A DNA stretch of 64,000 nt from a virus. Taxonomy: Duplodnaviria > Caudoviricetes. Positions 1-10,088 of this stretch are shown one piece after another (the first letter of the stretch is position 1; each line of letters opens with the position of its first letter). The notes below the pieces were generated by a model. That model saw nothing but the letters and a program-made list of their open reading frames with translations. It was not told the origin of the DNA and did not search any database. A program made the position numbers and the translations under genes. Location: IMG/VR virus record IMGVR_UViG_3300021379_000005, positions 64,881 to 128,880 of that record, one strand, 5' to 3'.

Positions 1-888
1 GTTTGGGTGATAACCCAATCCTCCACCAATTACACCACCCTCTTCGTTTGGCATAATTTTTACATGTTCAATCTGGCCAGGATTTGGTTGTGATGCAGCT
101 TGTTTAATATCCCACTGTACCTGAGCAGCGGTACCAGGCGCAACTGGATCTTCTAGAAGATTTTTAACTGGAATGTAATCTTTTGTCAAGAACTTAAGAG
201 AATCTTGAAGGTCGATTGCATACATAAACTTCCACTTATAACCATCTGCAGTCTCTTCAATTTCAGTTCCAGTAGTTGATGGTTGAATTGTTGAAGCAAC
301 TGTAGTCACTGTTTGGGCAGCAGCATCATATTTCTGGTTATTAATACACTTATAAACGTTAAATTGATTTCCAGATGCAACGATCACATATCCATTTGGG
401 ATAATTTCTTCTGGGTTGTCGTGTTCGTACATAGTGTACACTCTTCCAGAAGTCCAGTTAATTCTTGGAATTGCAAGAGTCATGTCACTGTAGTTGACTT
501 TCTTAAGTGCAATTGTATCGTATTTAAATCTATACGAATAACCAATAGAATCTTCTGGTGTTGGTGGGTTTGAATCATTTAACCAAGGAGTTTGTTTACC
601 GATTGCCATATAAAGCATATTGTAAACCGATTGTCCTTGATGGGCCCACTGTACAGTGCCATCTTGGAGAGTATCTGGTGTTGGGCCATCCCCATCACCA
701 GCAGAAACACCACTTGTGGAAGCGCCACTAATATTTCCTAGTGCAATAAATGAGTTCTGGTTGTTAACCACAACATCGCCTTCTGCATAGGTATAGTTAG
801 GTTTCCAATTAGGTGCGGATCTGTTAATTGATTGTAAGAATTCCATTGCATTGAAAATTCTTAATTTGTTTGTAATAATCGCTGCCAT
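1..888 (-). CDS. gp8: Baseplate wedge subunit gp8 (runs off window start)
   Basis: Manual translation from ATG at 888: MAAIITNKLRIFNAMEF...LYMAIGKQTPW...PPTPEDS...IPRINWTSGRVYTMY...FNVYKCINN, typical of T4-like gp8; follows gp7. Confidence 0.85.
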   Translation of the reverse strand, partial: MAAIITNKLRIFNAMEFLQSINRSAPNWKPNYTYAEGDVVVNNQNSFIALGNISGASTSGVSAGDGDGPTPDTLQDGTVQWAHQGQSVYNMLYMAIGKQTPWLNDSNPPTPEDSIGYSYRFKYDTIALKKVNYSDMTLAIPRINWTSGRVYTMYEHDNPEEIIPNGYVIVASGNQFNVYKCINNQKYDAAAQTVTTVASTIQPSTTGTEIEETADGYKWKFMYAIDLQDSLKFLTKDYIPVKNLLEDPVAPGTAAQVQWDIKQAASQPNPGQIEHVKIMPNEEGGVIGGGLGYHPN

Positions 889-921
889 TTTTTTACCTTT
901 TTAGTGTCATGAATTTTATAC

Positions 922-929
922 TATTTATA
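922..929 (-). promoter_or_regulatory. T4-type late promoter TATAAATA for gp8
   Basis: Exact TATAAATA on minus strand 34 nt upstream of gp8 ATG. Confidence 0.8.
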
Positions 930-938
930 ATTTATTTT

Positions 939-3900
939 TTAGTCTTTCAGAACAATCTGTTCATTTAATTCTTCAATTGTTGTTGGATTCGTATTATACA
1001 GTACAATAGACGATTCTGGTGCGACATTTGACTTATCGTGAATATGTTCTGCCTGATACTTTATAAAAGTATTCAAGTCTAATAAATTTTCGTCATAGTC
1101 AATTCTATCTACGTTATAATCAAGTCCTGATTGTAATCTATCATTAAATTTTATTCTCTCAATTGTTAAATTTGTAGGGCCCAGTCTTTTTCTAGTTGGG
1201 ATATCTGGTTCTTCCTCACTCATTATCAAGAATACAGGTGTAATATTAATAAACGAATCTAAAACTGCACGATATTTGTTATCTGCAAGTCTTACAATGT
1301 CTTCAATTACAGTATTTCTCCAATTATGATCTGTTCCGTCTGTATTTGCAATCCAATCATTATCTGTTGCATCCACTGGTAAGTGATACCAAATTCCAAG
1401 ACCTTCTGCCTTTGCAGGAATATGAGTCAATCCATTTCCATTTACAATTGGTCGTTTTATCAGATATGGAGAATTATCCATTTCTCTCTGAGGACTAAAC
1501 AGTAATGGTCTCAACCTTTCCCAAGGGAATCTGGAAGTAAAGTAAAACTTAAACCTTTCTAGTGACCTATATGTAGTGTGCAATGTAGGTAGGTCGCCAG
1601 TATAGTTTTTATAGAACATATACTTACCTGTTATATTTATCACCATTTTTTCATCTCTTGGATTTGCACCATCTGCAATAGCACCAACCCAATAGTTTGG
1701 TTGTCTGTTTACATTTCCACGCCAAATGTTGTCCCACCTAAACTCAACTCTATTCTGAGGAGCGGTAGAAGGAAGTTCTCTATACGACTGAATAATCTTC
1801 ACATCAAAAACTGCAATTCTGTCAAGATAGTCAGGATCCAATTCCACACTCTCTACAACATACTTTGCCCAAGGCCTTACATTTATCCATTCATCATTGG
1901 TCATACTCTCATCAGATGTATCGTATATTGTAAATGTGTTACCAAGGATTTTAGATGACCAATAATGTCCATAATCTTTTCCGTATGCGTCTTTGTAGTT
2001 GATTGCGATTTTCTTTACATCTGACCAACGCAACGCATTGTTTCCATTTTCATCCAATAATGCGTATCTACCAGACCCACTGTCTACTGTTGCTGCACCG
2101 GCCGTATCATCAGATATCTCTCCAGTTCCTACACCCTGATAAAGACCATCAATTTCACTGTCAATACTAAGTTGACGATTATCATACACAAAATAATAAC
2201 CATGAGAATTCAAATCGTTGATATCAGTTTGTTGGGCAGTAGCATATGTCCAACTTCCACTACCATCCATATTACGCATTCTCAAATTAACATTTTTAAT
2301 GATCTCATACATGAGTTCACGATATACAACTCCAAGTCCTTTTCTTACAGAGGCCTTGGTTAGAGTAGTAAATTCTCCAAACATCATCAAACCAGCGGGG
2401 TGAATAATCTTCTTAACTATTCTTCTCCACTCATCAATATATCTGTTTACTTTTACAACATAAGAATAATCCTGCCATAGATATCCATCATGAATACGAT
2501 TATCATCTGAAATAAATCCTTGTTGATTGACATAAACACCTTCACGAACACATAGAGGCCCAGTTAATACTTTAATAGATGCCTGACCGTTACCATAACC
2601 ACTCAAGTCAACTTCAGGTGGTGTATCATATCCAACCCCGAAACCGTCAAAATCTTCTCTAAATGGGTTTGAGTATATTTCCAATCTATTAATCTTGCCA
2701 ATATCTTTTCCAAGTCCTCGTAAAACTCCATTTCTACCTGTAGAAGTGTATGACAATGTTTCTCTCGCCACATTTCCATATGGATATCTAACATAACCTT
2801 CGCCACCTGTAATAAGTCTAGTAGTCTCAATACCAGATTTTGGAATTTCTTCCCACTCAACAGTCAGTGTGTGGGCATCAGGCAATTGATATTGAGCCAT
2901 AGTGTCATCAAGAGTTTGAGGATTATCTACCCACCTTCTCAATCTGATTTTATTTGGTTCTACTAAAGATTCACTATTGAATATCACATATTCAAGTTTG
3001 TCTGATAAGGCACCATAATATCTAATCATTATAATATCACCAGCGGCCAACGGATTAGTAAAGGTTATCGCAGTACCAGTTGTCGCATTATAATCAGCTG
3101 GGTCAAGTTCAATATAATTTTTCCACGAACCATCAATCCAGATATAATAATTATCAGCCCATTCCCATATCAACTGATCTATAGGATTTGTTGGGAATGC
3201 ATCTGGAATGTTTTCTGGAGTGATAATACTATCTGTAACTTTGAATATTCTCAATGCGGAATCAACGTCATAGAATAACTCAATTTCCGTTTCTCCGCCA
3301 ACGGCATTCACTCTTTCTACATATCTAGATGACTGTCTAATATTTTGTTTAAAAGGAATAGGATTGACATGTTCAGGACTTATTCCATTACCAGAAACAG
3401 GATTCTGGGTTCCTTTGTCTTCAATTGTAACACCAGTAGATGACCCCGATGCATCTAACAATGAAAAGTTTGCAGCATCTTGACTATGTGCGCCAAATCC
3501 CCACTGGATTGCACCTTCAAATTTATTTAAGACTGGATTTGTACTTAAATCGACATAAAGTGTAGTTGATGAATCTAAAGAAGTTGATCCATTCTGTGAA
3601 GTAGTTGCATATATATTTGCACCATTTTTGATTACTTTTACTTTTGTGGCGCCATTTGCACTCCAACCACCAGAAATAAATGGTACATTAGATGTTTGAA
3701 GAACAATCTGATCATCTTGTAGATAATTATATACTATTCCCCAACCAACATTAGGAGTAGTTCCGCCCATATTTCTGACCGCACTTAAAGTATATTCTTT
3801 ATATCCAGCGTCTGTAGGTTGTAATCCATTAGTCACAAATCCAATTATAAGCGCAAGTGTATCATCATCTGATGAAGTACTTGACATGACGGATTCAAAT

Positions 3901-6900
3901 TCTAAGTTTGTTGCAGGAGTTGGGCCAATAAAACCAGTAAAACTACCTGTGTTTGCGGTACATTCAATACTATTTGTACTAGAGTTATAAATCCATGCAG
4001 ACAAGTCGCTGGGGATTGCTTGGTATGATGATGCACCAGAATGTGAAAATCTATACCAAGCATCAAATGCCGCCTCAATTGCTGCAGGATCTCCTTGCAA
4101 ATTGATATTAGATTCATAACTGGCAACGTATCTCTCTCCTTTAGTCATTCTGAATGCACCAAAGAAACCAAGAGTATAATCATTCATAATTACTAAAGAA
4201 TTTCCATCTACAATCTGTCTTGCGCCAATATAGAAATTTGAATTTGTACTATAATTCAACATGTTGACGCCGGGGATAGTGTTTTCTAATAGGCCATTCA
4301 TATAGATAGAAGTTCCACCATTAGAGAAATAAATTGCAATATGGTTCCATTCTCCAAATGGAACTGATCTTGCACCAAGGGTATTACCAGAAGAATCGAT
4401 TAAATCAATTGTACCATCATAATTTTGCCAAAGAGTTAAATGCTGAGTTCCACCATCTTCACTATTGATTGCAAAGATAACACCGCCAGGCGAATCTATA
4501 TCTGTAATAGAGATAGATTTTCTGAAATACCAAAAGTCTATTGTTAGTTCTTTATTAGTTAACTCATTATCAAATTTTAGATCGATGTTATCACTTCTTA
4601 ACCATCCATAATCTGTGTATAGTGCGTGTTCTCCAACTTTCGAAAGTCCCGCCTTAAATCCTTCTTTTAAGTATTGATGTGCTAATTTATAACCTTTAAT
4701 CTTAAAATTTTGTCCTTCAAGATAATTAGCGCCTGGTTGATTTGGTGTAACACTATATACACCGTTATTAATATTGATATCAAAGGTTGCACCATAACCA
4801 TTGGTCATAACACTAACTAGATTTTCATTTTTGTCTAGATTTTCTGGTGATGAATTAATCGCCGTACCAGTAATATTTCCAATCTGTAATATACCACCAT
4901 TATCATCAATCTTAATTACATCAAAAACTAGATCGTTAATTCCATCAACACCTCCCAATTCACTACCAAGTATTGTGATTGAATCTCCAACAGAATAGTT
5001 AATTCCATTAAATCTTGATGCAGGATTTGTCACATAATATGTTGTTCCATCTCTTCTAATGAAATTAAATATTGCACCTGTTCCAGAAGTTCCACCATTT
5101 TGAGTAGAGGCGGTATATTGTGGTGCGTAGTAATATGAGTAACCATCCGGCATTGGAGTATTTGGGTTTAAAACTTCAAATGTTTCTATATGTCCACCTA
5201 TTGGATCGGCAAAAACTTCAAAATCTTCAATTCGTCCTTCATCATTGACTTGTGTGACGGTAATTGTTATATCGTTCTCTCCATCAGTACCACCCACAAC
5301 AGAACCTAAAATTGTAAATTTATCACCGACAATATAATTCGTGGTTGGTGATAAAATTCCTTGTGCATTTGCATCACTCAAAAGAACAGAAAGATTTTGA
5401 GGATATGTTGGTTCGTCTGTATCAATATCCCATACAGCACCCGAACCAATTCTAGAGGTTGTAGTATATGAAGATGAATCTAGATTTAAGTATGCTGCGC
5501 CACCTGTAACTGTTAATACTTTTATAAAGATATCGTGAACACCAGACACACCATTATAAAATTGTTCACCATCAATTTTAATAAAATCGCCAGGAACATA
5601 GTGTTTAGAATTATCTTGACTTCCTAAAGTAACAGAAGTTATTGCATTATCAAGATATGCAACATCAAACAACGCACCCACACCTCTACCCTGATGATAA
5701 GTTGCGGTTTGATTTCTCACATCTGCGACTTGTGGGAAAACATTGGTTGGACTTGCTAAGTTATTTGTAATTGAAACTCCAGTAATACCACCAAATTCAT
5801 TTACAGATGTAACTTGAAATTCTAAGTCTGTTCTTAATCTATATTCTGTAGGGTCACCTTCATTTAAATTTGTAATTATGAATGGTGGTTCTTCGACTGG
5901 AGTTATAGAACTTCTATAAGTCGAACTCAACTCCCCAGTTTTATAATCTTTGACAGCGGCAAAAAATGTTTGGGCCTGGTGTGTGATTTTTCTATTATAA
6001 ATGTCCTCATAGTCATATAGATAAAAAACATCATCATAGAGATAATCTATATTCTCAATCGTAACAGATGGGTTTTGGGCTCTAGGGCCAAAATCATAAC
6101 CAGACAGTCCAATATCAAATGACATGACTGGATATTCCAAACTTTCTGGGTTTTGAAAAAATGAAACACTAAAATTATTTTTAACAGATTGAATCGAACT
6201 AATTTGTCCAATAGCATATGAACCTAATGTATTACCATTTTGAAACTCAATTGTTTCCCCAGTAATATACTGATCTCCATTATTGACAATTTTGATATTT
6301 TCAACTGGGCCATAAGAAGTATGTGCAATTTTTGCAGCAAACCCATAACCACTTCCATTCGAAGACAAGTTATTTTGCAGTGTTAAATTTCTTGGCATAT
6401 CTTCGCCAGGATTTTCTATTTCAAATCCTACGACACATTCATATAAACTTTCTTCATAAATGGAGGCATCGTTTTGTTTTATTCTTACGGTTTCTTTACT
6501 AGAAAACTCACCATTGATTGAACTAATTACATATTCACGAACTTTATAGTCACTTAAAGTATAGTCATTAAAATATTCGATGTTCGCTGAGGCCCCACTA
6601 GATACACCTTCAATAAATAGTGGTTGATTAATTTTAATTGGGCCTTCATACGGAACAGTTCTAAGACTTGTTAGTGTTTGCCAAGTATTAGAACTTGGTT
6701 TTAACAAGTTTTCTTTTGGATAATATATTTCTATATCTTCATTAAACAACGCCCTAAACAAAAACTTATAGGAAGCTTCGCTGCCCTTTTGTTTGTAGAA
6801 CTTGTTAATTAATTTTAAAAAGTTTCTTTCATTAGTATATCTGGTTTTTTCTTTTCCACTTTCTTCAACTAATTTTTGGATTGTATCTTCAGTATCTGCG

Positions 6901-7604
6901 TCTGCAACAGGATTTATAAAAGTTCTTAAATAAAATCTGATTTTTATAATATCACGATTATCGTGAACAATCGGATCGTTATTTTCATCTTGAAAAATAA
7001 TAGAATTTTCTAAAAGTCTATAATCAATTCCCTCAATTAACTCGACCCAATCACCAGTGCTTGCTGTTGGGTCATCATTTGGGGGTGTTAAATTATCCAC
7101 AACCTCACTTAATGATTCACCGACCCTTCCAGCAAAATTAACATCATTTATAAAGACTCGTATCTTAGTAACTTTTGTATCTACATTTTGATCTGAAAAA
7201 TAATAAAACGGATTGAAATAATCCATTACATATTTTGCAGAAACTCCATCGGTAAAAAATTCTTGGTCAGCAGTAGTATCTATAGACGTTTCTGCATCCT
7301 CACCATTGTTTTCTTCTTGCAAGATTTCAGTTGCAATTTGATTATTTGTTTTAATCTTAGTAATTGTGGGCCATGCACCAGCAAGTTCAGACTTAAACTC
7401 TTGGACAAATATATCAAAAGTTTCGTCTAAATCTGTTAGAGAAGTAAGTTTTCCAGTTACATTACTAACATTGTCATCTAACGCCAACCATTCGTAATAT
7501 AATTCTAAAAAACGAACAAAGTTATCATACTCACTACTGTTCAAGTAAGTAGGGAGTTGTTCTCTTATTCTAGATGCAATGTTTTGTAAATTAGTTTTAT
7601 CCAT
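939..7604 (-). CDS. gp7: Baseplate wedge initiator gp7-like, 2221 aa, with internal repeats and LamG/lectin-like domains
   Basis: N-term FVRFLELYYEWL and FYKQKGSEASYKFLFRALFNE; C-term IHDGYLWQDYSYVVK...IHPAG; located between gp6 and gp8. Confidence 0.8.
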   Translation of the reverse strand: MDKTNLQNIASRIREQLPTYLNSSEYDNFVRFLELYYEWLALDDNVSNVTGKLTSLTDLDETFDIFVQEFKSELAGAWPTITKIKTNNQIATEILQEENNGEDAETSIDTTADQEFFTDGVSAKYVMDYFNPFYYFSDQNVDTKVTKIRVFINDVNFAGRVGESLSEVVDNLTPPNDDPTASTGDWVELIEGIDYRLLENSIIFQDENNDPIVHDNRDIIKIRFYLRTFINPVADADTEDTIQKLVEESGKEKTRYTNERNFLKLINKFYKQKGSEASYKFLFRALFNEDIEIYYPKENLLKPSSNTWQTLTSLRTVPYEGPIKINQPLFIEGVSSGASANIEYFNDYTLSDYKVREYVISSINGEFSSKETVRIKQNDASIYEESLYECVVGFEIENPGEDMPRNLTLQNNLSSNGSGYGFAAKIAHTSYGPVENIKIVNNGDQYITGETIEFQNGNTLGSYAIGQISSIQSVKNNFSVSFFQNPESLEYPVMSFDIGLSGYDFGPRAQNPSVTIENIDYLYDDVFYLYDYEDIYNRKITHQAQTFFAAVKDYKTGELSSTYRSSITPVEEPPFIITNLNEGDPTEYRLRTDLEFQVTSVNEFGGITGVSITNNLASPTNVFPQVADVRNQTATYHQGRGVGALFDVAYLDNAITSVTLGSQDNSKHYVPGDFIKIDGEQFYNGVSGVHDIFIKVLTVTGGAAYLNLDSSSYTTTSRIGSGAVWDIDTDEPTYPQNLSVLLSDANAQGILSPTTNYIVGDKFTILGSVVGGTDGENDITITVTQVNDEGRIEDFEVFADPIGGHIETFEVLNPNTPMPDGYSYYYAPQYTASTQNGGTSGTGAIFNFIRRDGTTYYVTNPASRFNGINYSVGDSITILGSELGGVDGINDLVFDVIKIDDNGGILQIGNITGTAINSSPENLDKNENLVSVMTNGYGATFDININNGVYSVTPNQPGANYLEGQNFKIKGYKLAHQYLKEGFKAGLSKVGEHALYTDYGWLRSDNIDLKFDNELTNKELTIDFWYFRKSISITDIDSPGGVIFAINSEDGGTQHLTLWQNYDGTIDLIDSSGNTLGARSVPFGEWNHIAIYFSNGGTSIYMNGLLENTIPGVNMLNYSTNSNFYIGARQIVDGNSLVIMNDYTLGFFGAFRMTKGERYVASYESNINLQGDPAAIEAAFDAWYRFSHSGASSYQAIPSDLSAWIYNSSTNSIECTANTGSFTGFIGPTPATNLEFESVMSSTSSDDDTLALIIGFVTNGLQPTDAGYKEYTLSAVRNMGGTTPNVGWGIVYNYLQDDQIVLQTSNVPFISGGWSANGATKVKVIKNGANIYATTSQNGSTSLDSSTTLYVDLSTNPVLNKFEGAIQWGFGAHSQDAANFSLLDASGSSTGVTIEDKGTQNPVSGNGISPEHVNPIPFKQNIRQSSRYVERVNAVGGETEIELFYDVDSALRIFKVTDSIITPENIPDAFPTNPIDQLIWEWADNYYIWIDGSWKNYIELDPADYNATTGTAITFTNPLAAGDIIMIRYYGALSDKLEYVIFNSESLVEPNKIRLRRWVDNPQTLDDTMAQYQLPDAHTLTVEWEEIPKSGIETTRLITGGEGYVRYPYGNVARETLSYTSTGRNGVLRGLGKDIGKINRLEIYSNPFREDFDGFGVGYDTPPEVDLSGYGNGQASIKVLTGPLCVREGVYVNQQGFISDDNRIHDGYLWQDYSYVVKVNRYIDEWRRIVKKIIHPAGLMMFGEFTTLTKASVRKGLGVVYRELMYEIIKNVNLRMRNMDGSGSWTYATAQQTDINDLNSHGYYFVYDNRQLSIDSEIDGLYQGVGTGEISDDTAGAATVDSGSGRYALLDENGNNALRWSDVKKIAINYKDAYGKDYGHYWSSKILGNTFTIYDTSDESMTNDEWINVRPWAKYVVESVELDPDYLDRIAVFDVKIIQSYRELPSTAPQNRVEFRWDNIWRGNVNRQPNYWVGAIADGANPRDEKMVINITGKYMFYKNYTGDLPTLHTTYRSLERFKFYFTSRFPWERLRPLLFSPQREMDNSPYLIKRPIVNGNGLTHIPAKAEGLGIWYHLPVDATDNDWIANTDGTDHNWRNTVIEDIVRLADNKYRAVLDSFINITPVFLIMSEEEPDIPTRKRLGPTNLTIERIKFNDRLQSGLDYNVDRIDYDENLLDLNTFIKYQAEHIHDKSNVAPESSIVLYNTNPTTIEELNEQIVLKD

Positions 7605-7622
7605 TTAATTTAACTTCTGCTG

Positions 7623-9563
7623 TTATGTTGTAGTATCAGATATTACATTTGTAATACTTGCCTGTGATGTATTATATGTTGTTCTAAGAGATCTAGTAAC
7701 AACCACTCTTTGAGAAGAGATATCATAGTTTTCATTAAACTCATCTGTATCAGGCATCATTACAATATCAAGTTCGTCATAATCAATAAAGATAATTTGA
7801 TTACGAACAGGAAATATATCATTAGATTCTGGTTCTGCAACCAAACCTAAAACGGTTGAGCCAACAATGCCTGTAATCTGAATATCATTTAAAACAACTT
7901 TACCAGTTCCATAGTTAATAGTTCCGCCCAAAACATTATTATATTTTCTAGCGAATAATGGAGTTAATGTGTATATTCTCAATCCACCCAATCCGTCATC
8001 TTCAATATAATGAGGGTCACTTGATCCAGCAATAGTAAATGCATTAGAATACAAACTATTAGGACGTATTGCATTATTAAAATTGAATGTATATGATGCA
8101 ACACCATTATATACTGGAGTTTTTTCATTAATCATCAAAATTTCTGTTATATTGTTTGTAACAGAATCATCGGTTTTATCAATGGCAGACAAGAACTGCG
8201 AATATCTAAAATAACTATTAAATTCATTTAGAAACTCGTTATTGTAAGAAATGATATTTTGTCTTACAGATTCTTTTAGTGCCGATTCGTCTAATAAAGT
8301 CGCCTCATCATTATACTTTACATTTGTGGTTATCTTCAATTTTAAATAATCAGGGTCGACAATTTGAGGCGAAAGAGTAAGAACCGAATAATTACTTTTT
8401 AACTGATTTAAAATATATTGTTTTTCTTGAGTGGAAAGAATTAATCCAGTATTTGGTTTAATAGACATAAACACAGAACCATATGCAGGAGGGTCATTAT
8501 CTTCTCCACCCCAAACATTCATCGTGTCTACCTCTGGATAAATTTGTGGAACAATCGCTTTATAGTCTCTGGCAGTAACTGCTCTATTTTGACTTTCGAA
8601 TGTTCTTGGTGCAAAAAATTTAATAGACTCAATATCTTCCCTGTCAGCACCACCATAACTTTCACCAATAATCTGAACATTTTCAGTATCAACGATCACA
8701 CCTTTAGGTAATGCAACTGCAGTAAGTCTTCCAGTTATACCATTTCCATCAGCGCCCTTTGTTGTAATATAACGAACCGTAATGATATTACCATTTTCTA
8801 CTTCGTCACCAAGAACACCATCTCCAAAAAATATTTCATACTTCATATCTTTCGATTCTTGAAGAAAATATGTTTTAGAAATATCTGAAAGTTGTGTAGT
8901 ATCAGTTGCCAATTTAAATTCAGTGACAACATCATCTTCTGCACTTGCCTGTACTAGAACTTGAATAGTGTCAGTATCTACAGTTTCGTTAGATAAAATA
9001 AATTTTTGGTTTGGATTATTAATATCAACAACAAACTTTTCTTCTACCTGTTGACCTTGAAACAATTCTAAATCGTTTATAGTATAGTAGTGCGCTCTTG
9101 CCCCGCCTTCTGCTTCAGAGCGTGACCTTGTAATCGATCTAGAAACCTTCGGAACAAAAATATAAGATTCGTTATCAATCGAACTAGAAAATGCAAGTTG
9201 TCTATCGATTCTTAATGTGTTGTATTGATAATCTCTTTCGGGCCTATTCTTTCTAATAATCTTAAATGTTACTGCAACCAATGCAGTCGCAGACTTATTA
9301 GAACGTGGGGTATAACCCAATAACTTTGCTTTGGATACAACGTTCTCACGAATTCTTGCGGTATCTAAAAAACTTTCATTTGCAATCATATTCATATAAT
9401 ATGAGTTATAATATGTATTGTATGATAGTATGTCGAGTATACTAGACAGTGCAGAGCCATCAAAGTTATAGTCTTTGAAAACTTTATCATTCTCCATGTA
9501 TTTTTTGATATTGTCTTTTATTCCATCAAAACTTAAATCTGATATGTTTATGTTTTTAGCCAT
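7623..9563 (-). CDS. gp6: Baseplate wedge subunit gp6
   Basis: DYNFDGSALSSILDILSYNTYYN, ANESFLDTA, GYTPRS, QNRAVTARDY motifs. Confidence 0.95.
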   Translation of the reverse strand: MAKNINISDLSFDGIKDNIKKYMENDKVFKDYNFDGSALSSILDILSYNTYYNSYYMNMIANESFLDTARIRENVVSKAKLLGYTPRSNKSATALVAVTFKIIRKNRPERDYQYNTLRIDRQLAFSSSIDNESYIFVPKVSRSITRSRSEAEGGARAHYYTINDLELFQGQQVEEKFVVDINNPNQKFILSNETVDTDTIQVLVQASAEDDVVTEFKLATDTTQLSDISKTYFLQESKDMKYEIFFGDGVLGDEVENGNIITVRYITTKGADGNGITGRLTAVALPKGVIVDTENVQIIGESYGGADREDIESIKFFAPRTFESQNRAVTARDYKAIVPQIYPEVDTMNVWGGEDNDPPAYGSVFMSIKPNTGLILSTQEKQYILNQLKSNYSVLTLSPQIVDPDYLKLKITTNVKYNDEATLLDESALKESVRQNIISYNNEFLNEFNSYFRYSQFLSAIDKTDDSVTNNITEILMINEKTPVYNGVASYTFNFNNAIRPNSLYSNAFTIAGSSDPHYIEDDGLGGLRIYTLTPLFARKYNNVLGGTINYGTGKVVLNDIQITGIVGSTVLGLVAEPESNDIFPVRNQIIFIDYDELDIVMMPDTDEFNENYDISSQRVVVTRSLRTTYNTSQASITNVISDTTT

Positions 9564-10079
9564 TTATCGTACTCTTTTTATACTAAATTGAAATGATATA
9601 TCTTCTTCAGATGCAGGGACATTGTATACTATACTAACTTCCAAGGTATTATTATCTACTAACTGTGCCTGTCTGGTTCTTTCGTCTTCTGTCTTTATTC
9701 CTTTCAACGATGACATAACTCTTTCTCTAGAGAAAAAATTAACATCAGAAACTATTATTCTTGGTTCATGTATTTTTAACGCAAGTTTTATCTCTTCTTG
9801 CATATTTATGTCATGCGGCGAACCCTTATAATCCCAATTCGTCATTAAATCAAATAAAGTGTTGTAAATATTTCCACCGAACCTTGGTTTAAATGGTTTT
9901 TCGAGTTTATTAGTCAATAAAATATTTTTAATACTTTGATTTATTGAACTAATATCTTTTTTGATTAAAACATCTCCACTGACTGGATTTCGTCTAAACG
10001 TTAGATCAAAATCAATATATTGATCTCTCTTAGATGGTAATATCCCAAGTTTTTCTTCTGCACTACTTAAATTTGACAT
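9564..10079 (-). CDS. gp25: Baseplate wedge subunit gp25
   Basis: SINQSIKNILLTNKLEKPFKPRFGGNI...HEPRI; synteny gp5-gp25-gp6. Confidence 0.9.
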   Translation of the reverse strand: MSNLSSAEEKLGILPSKRDQYIDFDLTFRRNPVSGDVLIKKDISSINQSIKNILLTNKLEKPFKPRFGGNIYNTLFDLMTNWDYKGSPHDINMQEEIKLALKIHEPRIIVSDVNFFSRERVMSSLKGIKTEDERTRQAQLVDNNTLEVSIVYNVPASEEDISFQFSIKRVR

Positions 10080-10088
10080 GACTTCCTC

